A DNA stretch of 64,000 bases, taken from positions 106,082,001 through 106,146,000 of the forward strand of contig OX638149.1 in NCBI GenBank assembly GCA_951804945.1, in the 5' to 3' direction. The position numbers were made by a program, and so were the translations under genes. This document shows positions 1 to 11,609 of this stretch, one piece after another. The notes under the pieces are model-generated. The model did no database searches. It had not been told where the DNA came from and was given only the letters and a program-made list of their open reading frames with translations. The stretch comes from Podarcis cretensis. Taxonomy: Eukaryota. How positions within the stretch are numbered: position 1 is the stretch's first letter; each line of letters starts with the position of its first letter.

Positions 1-1048
1 TGGTTAGTGCTGTCGTCTCCAGCAGTTTATTTCCCATAGAACTTAAGCATCAATTAACTTAAATAGAATGTACTAACACCCCTCCAAATAAACCTACCCC
101 TGTAAGATTCTGCCACCCTATGCTGATTTTCTCTATAACCATTTATTTCGCTAGATCCTCTGAAACCAGCATGCAAGTGTTGCCATCAATTAAGTACTAA
201 TGGACACAGTAATAAAGGTCCTTCAGCCTTCAGTGCAAACTTTTGGATGAGAACAAGGACAAGAAAGCAAGCTATAATTTTGACCACCTCTTGGTCATGC
301 CAATTGTGTTGGTGCTGATGCTGTCCTTGTTGAACTGGCTCAACAATTGGCTCTCTCTTTGTAAATCTTGCTGTGACAACATTTAAGACTGAAGTAGGCT
401 TCTCAGATCAGTTAAGTACAAAAGGGGAAACTTGTATGCAATATGAAAACAGAGCTCCCCATTTCCTTTGAATTCATTTGGTACCTGCTTCTGGGCTTTG
501 TATGCTGAATACATCTCTGAAATGAGCTGGTGCACAGAATATATGTGCAAATATTGAGCACATGCCAATTTAATCAAGCTTCTGCTCTCTGTAGGCCTGG
601 AAGCAAAGCATCTGCTACGCCCCCTCCCCCTGAGCTAGGGACACCATCTTGGACCTTTGTATTTATGTAGACTATCGGCTGTTTTAAAGAAAGATTAAAA
701 AACACAGAACAAACACCATTTCATTTGGTTAAAAACATCAGTAAACACATGATGTTACAAAATGTTTAGAGACCATTCAACTGTTATTTGAGGTCAGTGG
801 TTGCTTAGAAATCCTTAAACTATATTTCAATGTAAATGCTACATAACGAGGAATAAGAAACAATTAGAAACATATTTTAGGTGACATTTTTAGTATTTTA
901 AATGTCAAAATAAAGTTATAATATTAATAAAGTTAATAGTTGGGTAAAGTGTTTAAATTGAGTAGGGAAAGTATTATACTTTTTAAGGTGTTAAAAAGAA
1001 GTTATATATTTTCTAGATCATTGAGGGTTTTTTTCTCCTGAAGAATAC

Positions 1049-1141
1049 CGAGCTAATGTTTTCTTGATTGCGTTTAGCTCTCTCCATCTCTGGAGTGATA
1101 GATGTCGGGGTTCCTTTTCCCATGCTTTCTTTGTACAACAC
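1049..1141 (-). CDS. NEB: NEB 93-bp Z-disk repeat exon VLYKESMGKGTPTSITPEMERAKRNQENISS
   Basis: TAG acceptor, GTATTC donor, 31-codon module. Confidence 0.93.
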
Positions 1142-1464
1142 CTACAGCATACAAGAAAGTGTCCAGAAATCAAAGAATTAGATTATTGTTGATGAACCAT
1201 TGTGTTAAGTTGTGTTACTGTTTAATCATCATCACTGCATAGGTGGGTAAAGAATTCAAGAAACAAAGTGGTTAAAAAGTTATTGGATAAAGCAAAAAGC
1301 AAGAAGAGGGGAAGGAAAAAGAAAAAGTATTTAAAAAAAATTAAAGGAGTGTTTTCTTTAGGAATATGAAAATAGATAAGATTCAGATAAAATAGATGCA
1401 GGACGAGGTTATATTTGATGATGTTACTTTTTTTAAAAAAAAGTATTTTTAAAAAATTCAATAC

Positions 1465-1557
1465 CAAGCTAACGTTTTCTTGATTGCGTTTGACTCTTTC
1501 CATCTCTGGAGTGATAGGTGCTGGGGTTGCTTGCCCCAAGTTTTCTTTATACAAAAC
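1465..1557 (-). CDS. NEB: NEB 93-bp Z-disk repeat exon VLYKENLGQATPAPITPEMERVKRNQENVSL
   Basis: TAG acceptor, GTATTG donor. Confidence 0.93.
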
Positions 1558-2645
1558 CTAAAGATTGTAAAAAGTATCCAAAAATCACAAAAATATAATG
1601 CGAATAAAACTATTGTTTGAAGGAAAAGTATAATAACCAGGGTGGCACTTCAAAAGTAGGCATTTTGCAAAAGCAATTAAAAATTATAATAAAAAACCAT
1701 AAAGACGGCAGTGTAGAAAGTCACATAATAGAAACTGATCTGTCCTGGTACAAGTGAAAGGCAAAATCCAAGGAGAAGAATGTACAACAATGAATTAAGC
1801 AGATAAAATAATTAAAAGAGGAATGTATTATTTTGAGATCAGGATTCTATCCAGTAGGCAACATCCATCACTTTGTATAATAGTTGTGCCCAGGGAAGTC
1901 ATCACATATAAACTCATGGTCCAGTTTCTTGTCCTAGTTTTAACTACCGAATTACAAAGTATCTTGTGTCTCTCATTAGCTACATGAAGCTTTTTTTGTT
2001 CAGTGTGCTGTTGGAAGACCACTTGGGCAGCATGTTTTTCATGCTGGTGTTGGTTGTTCCGTTATTGAAGGGTGTTCCTGACTTTTGAGTCCTAAAACTC
2101 ATGAATGCTGAGGCCTCTGAATGCTGAATTCTATGGAGATTTATATTGATAGGATGGTGAAACTGTTTTAATGGCCCTTTTCTGAAATCCCATTATCAAC
2201 AATGTACCAATTTGGAAAGTAATCATGTTGTTGTCTGTTCCTGCCTACATGTGATTTCCTATGACAGCTTGTGAAACCACTAGTTCATAAGCATATGGGA
2301 TGTTCAATCAAAATAACTTAGCGATTGTAGTATTATTTTTCTCATTATTACAAATTCGTTTATCAAGAAATTTGTTATGTGGACCAGAAATCATATGGTC
2401 TAACAGTGTCTGGATAGAGTCCTATAGTTCACCACTGCAAGGTTATAAAAAAAACCTCTATGGTCAGATTATTAAATACCAAATATCAGATTTACGGTAT
2501 TTTATGAGTAAAATGTAAGTAGTTTAAATAAATAGGAGTATTTTGCTTAAGGAAGAAAGTATAGTTTTAGATACTAGAGGGGAAACAATTCCCACAGCTT
2601 GTTAGGATGTTATTTAAAATATGTATATTTGTTTTTAAAATGTAC

Positions 2646-2738
2646 CGAGCTAATGTACTCTTGATTGCGCTTGGCTCTTTCCATCTCAGGAGTGACAGGT
2701 GTCTGAGTCCCTTTCCCCAATCCCTCTTTGTACAAAAC
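2646..2738 (-). CDS. NEB: NEB 93-bp Z-disk repeat exon VLYKEGLGKGTQTPVTPEMERAKRNQEYISS
   Basis: TAG acceptor, GTACAT donor. Confidence 0.92.
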
Positions 2739-3145
2739 CTACAGGATACAAAAGAGTATCCAGAAATCATATCATGGCAGATTGCAAACAAACATTATTG
2801 GCTTGTAATGTTAATAATTGGATCATGCCAGCTTTCCAGGAAAGCTGGCTGGCTGTTGATTTCCGTGTCACCTGGAAGAGACACCAATCAATCAACACCC
2901 ATAAAGGGAAAGAATCTAGTAGGATGAGAAAGTTGGAAAGGTATCAATACAAACCAAACGTGAAATTAAGCCAACTCCTAGTACTTATATGTTAAAGCTT
3001 AGGTTGCAAAGAGAGTTCAGAAGATAGGGTGATTATGCCAAGAGGTGAGACTGGGTGCTATATTTGATTAGGAAGCATGGATCTTTATAACACATCTAAT
3101 GTTATGGTAAACCATTCGGGTCTTTTTTCTTCTTCTTTTGAATAC

Positions 3146-3238
3146 CGAGCTAATGTGTTGTTGATTGCGCTTGACTCTCTCCATCTCAGGAGTGACAGGC
3201 GTCGGGGTACCTTTCCCCAGTTCCTCTTTGTACAAAAC
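3146..3238 (-). CDS. NEB: NEB 93-bp Z-disk repeat exon VLYKEELGKGTPTPVTPEMERVKRNQQHISS
   Basis: TAG acceptor, GTATTC donor. Confidence 0.93.
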
Positions 3239-3660
3239 CTACGGGATACAAAAGAGTATCCAGAAATCATAAGGTGCCAGTGACGGCATATCAAGATTAA
3301 TAGTCTGTCAATGTTAACACTGGGGTCACACCGGCTTCCAGTAAAGCTAGCCATTGATTTTAGTGTCATCTGAAAGAGAGGACCTATGTAAGAAAACAAT
3401 CTAGTAGGATGAGGAAGTTGGAAAGGTAGAAAATAAAGACGGAAATCCTATGTTTGCTGAAAAATAAAAAGGAGTAAGTCCTAGTAGTAGTGAGTTAAAA
3501 CTTGGGTCACAGAGGGAGTTTGAAGGGGAGAATTCTTATGCTAAGAGGTAAATAGGAACTTTTTTGTTGTTGTTAGAAAGCATAGATCATTAACACATTG
3601 GATGTTATTTTTTAGAATCCAGGTCTTTGTGGGGTATTTTGCTTGTCTTCTTTTGAATAC

Positions 3661-3753
3661 CGAGCTAATGTGTTCTTGATTGCGTTTGACTCTCTCCATC
3701 TCAGGAGTGACAGGGGTCGGAGTTGCTTTCCCTACGTTTTCTTTGTACAACAC
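3661..3753 (-). CDS. NEB: NEB 93-bp Z-disk repeat exon VLYKENVGKATPTPVTPEMERVKRNQEHISS
   Basis: CAG acceptor, GTATTC donor. Confidence 0.94.
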
Positions 3754-4262
3754 CTGTGAGACAGAAGAGCAGCCAAGTAAACCAGCAATAAATGAATTGC
3801 CATGTTTTTGTTATTGAAGCATGAGGGGTAGAGTTCTGATTTGGTCGTGATTTATTCTGCAGGGTGTTTTGGGTTACATTTTTAAAACAATGCATATAAG
3901 CACTTATTTTTGTCTGGGGAAAACAAGGACAAAGTATTGTCTTAATACATGATCATGCTTTTGAATAATGGGCATTTTTTGCATCCATGTATAATATGCA
4001 TAGAATGCCAAACAACTGATGTGGGAAAGACAACAGATTGTTATCTTTTGGGAGGAATGTGAGTATAAGACATTGAAAGGAAGAGAAGGGTTAAAAATTC
4101 TCAGGATGTGACATTCTCCTGCAGTGGAAAATAAAAGACAAGGAGGAGGTTTCACAATAGGGGTATATAACTCCATCTGCAGGAAGAAGCTGGGATGGAG
4201 AGCAGGGGTGAGTTAATCATATTACAAAACAGAATTAAAAACAACTGTTTTCCCAGAAGTAC

Positions 4263-4355
4263 CGAGCTAATGATTTCTTGGTTGTGTTTGACTCTCTCAA
4301 TCTCTGGCGTGACAGGAGTTGAGATTCCTGCCCCTAGGCTTTCTTTGTATAGCAC
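4263..4355 (-). CDS. NEB: NEB 93-bp Z-disk repeat exon VLYKESLGAGISTPVTPEIERVKHNQEIISS
   Basis: CAG acceptor, GTACTT donor. Confidence 0.92.
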
Positions 4356-5637
4356 CTGCATGATGACAAAGGGGAATGCAGAAATAAGAAAAATAAGGAA
4401 GGAAAACAACAGTTAATTTTGATCTGCAAAAAAGGGGGTGGGAATATGGTCTTAGATCTCCTGGGTATGAGCCTGTAGGTGATGTCCAATTTCCACAATA
4501 TATTTCCTGTGGTTTCATGCTTCCCCCTGTCCTGTTACGTATCAAACATGGGTGCATTCATGTAATTCCCAATGTGTATGAATCTAGCCAAATGTATGTA
4601 CTTTTAAGTCCCATTGATTTTAGTAGGAGGGATTCAGTGTGTTTAATGCTACTATTGATGGTGGTGAGACTTAGAAATGCTTAATTGGTGGATTGTACCC
4701 AAGGAACTCATTAGGATACCAAGGCAGAGGGTTTTGGTGGGCTGAGAATGAATAACCATAAATCTTTGATTTACACTGGAGTTTTGTAACGTTACTTCTT
4801 GCAGATCTCCACTTTCTATATCATGTGTGCCACATCACAGTGGGGCTGGCTAGGGATTCATAATAGGATGTGTCTGGCCATTTCTTACAGCGAGCCATGT
4901 TGGTGAGATCAGCCGGTGGTTGTGGATAAGGTTTCTCTTCACCTTGGCAAAATAATGCAAGGGAAGGCAGGGGAGAAGCAAAGAAACCACTGAGAAAGAT
5001 ATCACAATGTATGGATTTCCCAGGCAGAAATATAGTGTAACAGCAAGCTTAGAAGACTGATTCAACGGTGAATATTTGAGTATAAATATTATTTCATAAG
5101 ATGCAAATGCTTCCATTGCCTTATTCCAGAAGGAATGCAACAATTATTTTTCTAGTGCATTTTTGGCTGAAAATGTGTCGCACTACCTGTTCAACCCAGC
5201 TGGAGAAAGACCATATACTTTTTACAATGTCACACAGAAACAAACAGTGACTTAGAAAAAAATCAAAATCAAGAACGTGAAAACAGAGAAAGAGATAGGG
5301 TTGGGACAGTGAGAAGAGCAGTTAATAATATCCAACATTATTGATTCCTTTTTTTAAAAGTGCGCCAAAAAAGAAGGCAGTGGGAAAATGACGATCAGTA
5401 GTAGTTGCTAACATGGTGCCCTACACTGAAGTTCAAGTCCCATTAGCCCTAGCCAGCACAGCCTGGAGTCAGGAATGATGGGAATTGAAGACCAGACAGT
5501 GGCTGGAGGGCACACTGGAGATGATAAGTGGATTTTTTTCCCTCTGGAAGTCAATTGCATGTATGGAAATAGAACAAACCTGGAACAAAGAAGTTAATTT
5601 TTAAAGAGTTGAAATGGAACTTTCATATTTGAACTAC

Positions 5638-5722
5638 CAAGCTGCAGTTTTCTTTAATGCATGCAACTCTCTTGTTTCCGAGGTGAGGTGAGTTGGTTTT
5701 CCTGTTCTCAATTCTTCTAGCA
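5638..5722 (-). pseudogene. Decayed Z-disk repeat pseudoexon
   Basis: Aligns to neighbouring 93-bp exons (EELRTGKPTHLTSE / 1-bp gap / KRVACIKENCSL|GTAGTT) but is 85 bp and frameshifted. Confidence 0.75.
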
Positions 5723-6318
5723 CTGGGCAGACAGGTCCTGTTGGGAAGTTAAGGTGCAGGTGTATTGCACCCATTCATTTGCGCTCCCCATGTCTGAGGT
5801 CCATCCCTATGCCCTTGGGATGCTTGAAAAATTAGATATTGGTGAATTCTGATACAGTATAACATGAGTCACACCTCCCAGACTAACATGCAGATTAAGA
5901 AATCTTTCATATTTCACACTTTTTCTAATTCTGCTAAACGGTTCTCAACATATTTTAAAAAATATGTATTTTGAGACTGAATATGTTTAGAAATGTGTAC
6001 GTTGTGAAAAAATACATTTTTGTTAATTAGATTTTCTTGCAGGATGAAAAAATATTAATGTGGAATTGGGATAGGATCAATATTATTTAAATCTGGTTGG
6101 AATGCATAGAGCAAAAATTGGCCTTGTTCAATATGGTTTCTTTTCTTGCTTACAATGCCAGTATGAGCTGGAAGCAAATTCAGCACCATTCATGGACTCA
6201 AAAAGAAATACTATAATTGAAATCATATCAAGATAGCTATGTTATGGAGGGGTTAAGGTTCAAGATGGTTAATTATATTTGGGGATGAAGTTAAAGCTCA
6301 TTTTAGCGACAAAAATAC

Positions 6319-6411
6319 CGAGCTAAAGTTTTCTTGATTGCGTTTGATTCTTTCCATCTCTGGAGTAATAGGTGTTGGAGTTCCAGCCCCTAAATTCTCT
6401 TTGTACAACAC
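6319..6411 (-). CDS. NEB: NEB 93-bp Z-disk repeat exon VLYKENLGAGTPTPITPEMERIKRNQENFSS
   Basis: CAG acceptor, GTATTT donor. Confidence 0.94.
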
Positions 6412-6785
6412 CTGTGTGACAAAGAAGTGTCAAAAACAAAAAAATTATCTCAAGATACACCATCAGCAAAGATAGCACAATCTAATTTTCTGTTTGGCCT
6501 TATGGTGTTTAAAACACAGGCCAGGAAAAAATAAATAAAAAAATAAAAATCACATAGAGAAAGAAATGCTATATATTTTGACTTCCTATCATGCAGGAAG
6601 TTGCAATCTGTGACCAAGTTTATTCAAATGCAGTAATATTTTTCCACCTAGAATGACAAAAACTCAGGCTATAAAAAGGGGAGGAAATTGTCAGAGGGTA
6701 CTAAAATCAAGTTTAATTGTGCAAAACATGAAAGGTTAATCTTATTTGGGAATGATGTTATAGGGCATTTTTGTAACAAAAATAC

Positions 6786-6878
6786 CAAGCTAAAGTTTTC
6801 TTGATTGCGTTTGACTCTCTCCATCTCTGGAGTAATAGGTGTTGGGGTTCCAGTCCCTAAATGCTCTTTGTACAACAC
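6786..6878 (-). CDS. NEB: NEB 93-bp Z-disk repeat exon VLYKEHLGTGTPTPITPEMERVKRNQENFSL
   Basis: CAG acceptor, GTATTT donor. Confidence 0.94.
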
Positions 6879-7551
6879 CTGTGGGACAAAGAAGTGTCAA
6901 AAACAAAAATGAAAATTAAGGGGCACATCTTAAGATACACCATCAGCAAAGAGAATGCAATCCAGTTTTCTGGTTTGCTTTATGAAGTTTAAAAAACAGA
7001 TCACAAAAAAAACAAAAAATGCACACAGAGAAAAATACTGCATATTATAACTTAAAAAACCTATCATGGATTAAATTACAATTTGTGACTGAGTTTAGAC
7101 AGCTGCATCATTATTTTCACACCCTAAAACTACCCGTTTTGTTCTGAAAGACTACAATAGCATAAATAACATTTTATTATTCTATTTTTAAGAGAGGGGT
7201 TACAGTTTTATTCTAAGTTTGCACTGCACCAACACAAATGCCAAAGGCTATTAGAAAATGTTTCCTGTTATAAGGATATATTGAATCCACTCTGAATATC
7301 ATTTGTTTTGAAACAAACAATATTGCCACTTGAGGGGGAAGTGAATAGGGTAAGAAAAATAAACAGAGCTAAAGAAAACCCACTGCAGACGTATGTCACA
7401 GTTAGTGCTGTAATTTTTTCCTTCAGAGACTGACATTTTAGTGATTTTATTAAAATGAGAAGGATTCAAAAGCTTGTGGAAGGATTAAAATATATTTATC
7501 AGAGTTTGGCGATGGTTAAAAGGATTTATCTATAGATATTTTGTGATATAC

Positions 7552-7644
7552 CGAGCTAACGTTCTCCTGATTACGCTTGACTCTCTCCATTTCTGGGGTA
7601 ACAGGAGTTGCCGTTCCTGCCCCCAAGTTTTCTTTGTAGGACAC
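7552..7644 (-). CDS. NEB: NEB 93-bp Z-disk repeat exon VSYKENLGAGTATPVTPEMERVKRNQENVSS
   Basis: CAG acceptor, GTATAT donor. Confidence 0.93.
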
Positions 7645-8059
7645 CTGTGAGACACAATAAAGTATCCACAAAAGACACTCAAAAATACTGGCTAGTACTT
7701 TGTAGTTAAAGGCGCATGTTTAAATCCCATGCTTAGTCTAGTATCGAGAAGGAAAGATGAGAATAAGGGGAGAGTAGTCATTAAAATGTGAATGGAAAAT
7801 CAAACTCAGAAGAAGTATGTTAAGAGAAGTGAATGTGTGCAAAAGGAGCACATGGTTAATCTTATTGAAGATCATAGGTGTTACTGTCATTGTTTTATTT
7901 ATTTCATTTTTAAAAGTGCATAAAACTGTAAATTGATGTTAACGCACATCAGAATGAATGAGTCATGAAAATGGCATGTAGAAGATGATAGTTAGAATGT
8001 TATTATTATTTTTAATGAAAAAGATGAGTTATGGTAGGTTTGATTTCATTGAGAAATAC

Positions 8060-8152
8060 CGAGCTAATGTGTTCTTGATTGCGTTTGACTCTCTCTATCT
8101 CTGGAGTAAGTGGTATCGGGGTTCCTTGCCCTGTATTCTCCTTGTACAAAAC
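8060..8152 (-). CDS. NEB: NEB 93-bp Z-disk repeat exon VLYKENTGQGTPIPLTPEIERVKRNQEHISS
   Basis: CAG acceptor, GTATTT donor. Confidence 0.93.
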
Positions 8153-9404
8153 CTGCAGAATACAAACAGCCACAAAGGTAAGAAAAAGGTAGCTGAAAAC
8201 CTTTCTGCAATGCAGAATGTTAATTCACACACTGACTTTGCATATAATTATTTGGACATTGCCCATTGGGAGTATAACATTGCCCGGTTACAGGTGTTCC
8301 CACAAAATGCCATCCCTGTTCACATGTTTCCACTTCTAGATGCCTCTGGGGAAAAAGTGCCAAACTCCTGGAATTACAGGTATCTCTTTTTTGTGGTGTA
8401 GTTCTTTTTAAAAGTTTGGGGCTATTGCTGCTGGAGAGACATAAGCATTTCGAAACCTCCTTGATAAAACTTGTTATATTGGTATTGAATAGCCAATGAG
8501 AAATCAGTTTTTGTTCTTACACCATTACCCTTGTCAAGAGTTTTGCTTTGAGGCCAAATCTAAGAACAAAATCTGAGGACTGAGAGATTTAAGCCCTGTT
8601 TTGATTTTATTTTTTTTAAAAAGAGAGAGAGACAGACAGAGAGAGAAAGAACAAAACTGAAGTCCTTGACAGGTTTTTTTAAAAATAAAAAAATTCCTGC
8701 ATTTCACTCCTTTTAAAAAGTGCCCTCTTCCCCAGATGGAAAAACAAAAACAAAACAAAACAAAACGGTTAAGTCAAAAAGGCATTCAGTCAGTTCAAAA
8801 TGTCAAAAGCAAGAGAGGTAAATTTGTAGTTAGAAAAGGGTAACTAGAGTGCCTACCTGTAACTTGATTATGCAGAAATGAATTTTGAAAACAATTAGTA
8901 TGGTGAAGAGCTCAGGGTAAAAGGGAAGGCAGAGCGGGAAAGAGAGGAGAAAGAACCAGTTGGAACCAGTTCCACAGCTCCTTGATAAATGTCACTACAT
9001 CTTCTCCTACTGAAACACTCAAGATACCCATCACTTAAGTGGCCAAATGATGCTAGACAGAATTCCCATGTTCTAATAAATGAAATCCTACTCATTCAGA
9101 GGATGGCCCATTAAGATCTGAATAAAGCAAGAGGCCCACTTAAGTGAGCAAGAATAAATTGTTTGGCTTTTCAGACTCAAGGAGCAACAGGTGCTCAGAC
9201 TTCAAGAAGCAGATATCCCATCCGACACATAATTAAGCCCATTCACAACAATGGTCTTAAGTACACTTTGTGTTGGCTTCTGGCTAGTGTGTCTCTGAAC
9301 ATGTACAGAGTGCCTTTCACCAGAGCCAGGTTCACTGAGCACTCCCCCAGCCAGTAGGTAGGTGGGTATAGCAGGGTCATAATTTTGTCAGTTACTGATA
9401 CTAT

Positions 9405-9431
9405 TACTACTACTACTACTACTACTACTAC
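9405..9431. repeat. (TAC)n microsatellite
   Basis: Perfect trinucleotide run. Confidence 0.95.
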
Positions 9432-9685
9432 AATTTTATCCTCTTGGTCCATTTCTGTCTGCTCAGCATTAAATGGGTCTATATTCTCCTCTCAATGTGC
9501 ACAGAAAGTAGATCTTAAAGCTAATGGATGTTAAAGCCCAAGTAATACTAGAGGAATGCCATACTAAGGATGAAGTTGATGATAGCATGTTAGCAGGGGC
9601 AATAGATGTCTGTTTAGTAAGGTGAACAGCACACTGTTACTGCCCAGTGCACACACAAATCAGCATAGAAAATATCAGCCACTAC

Positions 9686-9778
9686 CGAGCTGATGTGCTT
9701 CTGTGTCTCCTTGACACGTTTTACTTCAGGAAGATCAGAAATGGGAGTTCCTTTTCCAATTTGATCCTTGTACTTAAT
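9686..9778 (-). CDS. NEB: NEB exon IKYKDQIGKGTPISDLPEVKRVKETQKHISS
   Basis: 93 bp, TAG/GTAGTG; matches remembered human ...PDLPEVKRVKETQKHISS. Confidence 0.95.
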
Positions 9779-11516
9779 CTACAAAGTGGTATTCAGTTCA
9801 GAAAACAAGACAAAACAATAATGACTTACATTATGTACATGAAACACATCCATTTCACATAAAAAAACAAGAGTAAACAAATATAATCACAATTGTAGGA
9901 GCTGAAAGCATTGCATGCACCCATGTCCAAACAGACTCATCTGCGGAAAACGAGTTTTTGCAAAGATTTAAAATTCGATGTATAAAAGCCAATCTCCAAT
10001 TTGATAGCAGAAGAAGAGCCATGGATGGACATCTTGACTCAACAATCTTGCCAATGTAGTAGAAACAGGAGGATTAAAGCTTTCCACCAGGTTCCTTGCT
10101 TGAAAAGCTATTTTAATAATCAGTAAACAAGTATGAGATTATTTTATTTTGCAGCTCAAATGCAACCTGGCTGGAAAAAAATAGATTTTTGATCATGGCA
10201 TCCATCACAGAGCTTCTCCTTTTCAGCTCCTGGCCCTGTTTTACAACTACCTTGTGTTGACAATGCCAGGCAAATCTTCAGAGAGTAGCCTGGAGTGGTC
10301 ATGCATCTCCTCAGCTGCATCCCAATGGGACACTGTTATTGGGATGCTGTTATGAGACCTTCCCATGGCCACTGTCAATATTGGGCCCCTTGCAATTGTA
10401 CTGGCTGCTGCTATCAATCAAATTTTCAGTCCAGCTTAGGAGAGTGTGCCTAAATTGTTTCAACTCTAGTAACATTCTTTGGATTCATTTCCCACTAGAT
10501 CCCGGAACCTAGACTTGTGGCAATAGGTTTTGTATGCCATGGGGTTTTTTCCTCGCACAGGAAATAGGTAATGTGCACTGAAACACACGGCACTGGCCAA
10601 CGCAGAAGCAGATGAATGAGCCTCTGCAAACTGGAACCTCTGCCTATTCAGAGGAGACACTGGGCTAGGGTGCAGTGTGTGTGTGTGTGTGTGTTAGTCT
10701 CCAATATGCATTATAGACCTATTAAAACCAAACAGCTCATCCTTATTCAGTGAAGTCCCATTGAAACCAGTGGCATAAACCAACCTATATTACTTTTTAA
10801 GTCCAATTGCTTTTCAGTGGGATTTCGTCATGAATGGAGCAGGATTCTGTTCTGGATTCAAATGTTTATCAGATAATCTGAAATGAATAAACTAGATTTT
10901 CCTCAAAAAATTGAAACGAGTAATATCGGTGCTTCCTATCCACCTCCCGTTCTATCCAGCATGGGTGACAATACATGTACAACATTCAATAAAAACATTT
11001 TTTACCTCTTTTTTTAACGAAATGTCAAAAAAGGAAAGTTAGACATTGTGCGGAATGCAGTCAAATGAAAAATAATTTTGGCAATCCTACCATACGTACT
11101 GGGGGTTGGGGGGAGTTGAAGTAGAGAGAGAAAACAAAAAATATCATAAATAATTCTTTAAAATTATTGTTAGTTTTAAAACGTGGTCACTATATTTGCT
11201 ACCATGAATATCTCATCGACATTTCGGACAAGATCAAAACGTGAATTTAGTTTCAGTATTTTATGAAATGATAAACATTAGTTGAACATTAGAAAATGTT
11301 AATAGTTAGAGTTTTTGAAATGTGGATACTATTTTACATAGGAAAGTAAAAGTAGAATGGAAGAGCTAGTTAGCAAATTATGTTTTGATTAATTATGAAA
11401 AGCCTTGACTTTTCAAGTTATTCCAGAACTGCTGTTAGGATCATGTAAGGCAAATGAAGTTTTATAAGTTGGGAACAGCACAGGTAAGAGTGTTAACAAT
11501 CCACTGGGTTTTGTAC

Positions 11517-11609
11517 CGTGCTTATTGCATCCTGGGTTTGTTTAATTCTCTGCATCTCGGGCGTCTTTTCAATAGCTGTTCCTGTTCCAATATCTTCTTT
11601 ATATAAAAT
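11517..11609 (-). CDS. NEB: NEB exon ILYKEDIGTGTAIEKTPEMQRIKQTQDAIST
   Basis: 93 bp, AAG acceptor, GTACAA donor. Confidence 0.93.

Noticed and set aside
5178-5190. 13-nt segment flanked by CTTTCTCCAG and GTAGTG
   Set aside because: Frame-breaking, contains TGA in phase 0 and has no module similarity; expected by chance.
1049-8152. Regularly spaced near-identical ~93-bp repeats with unique spacers (superficially CRISPR-like)
   Set aside because: They are spliceable nebulin exons with synonymous variation and 300-1900-bp introns in a vertebrate genome, and there are no cas genes.
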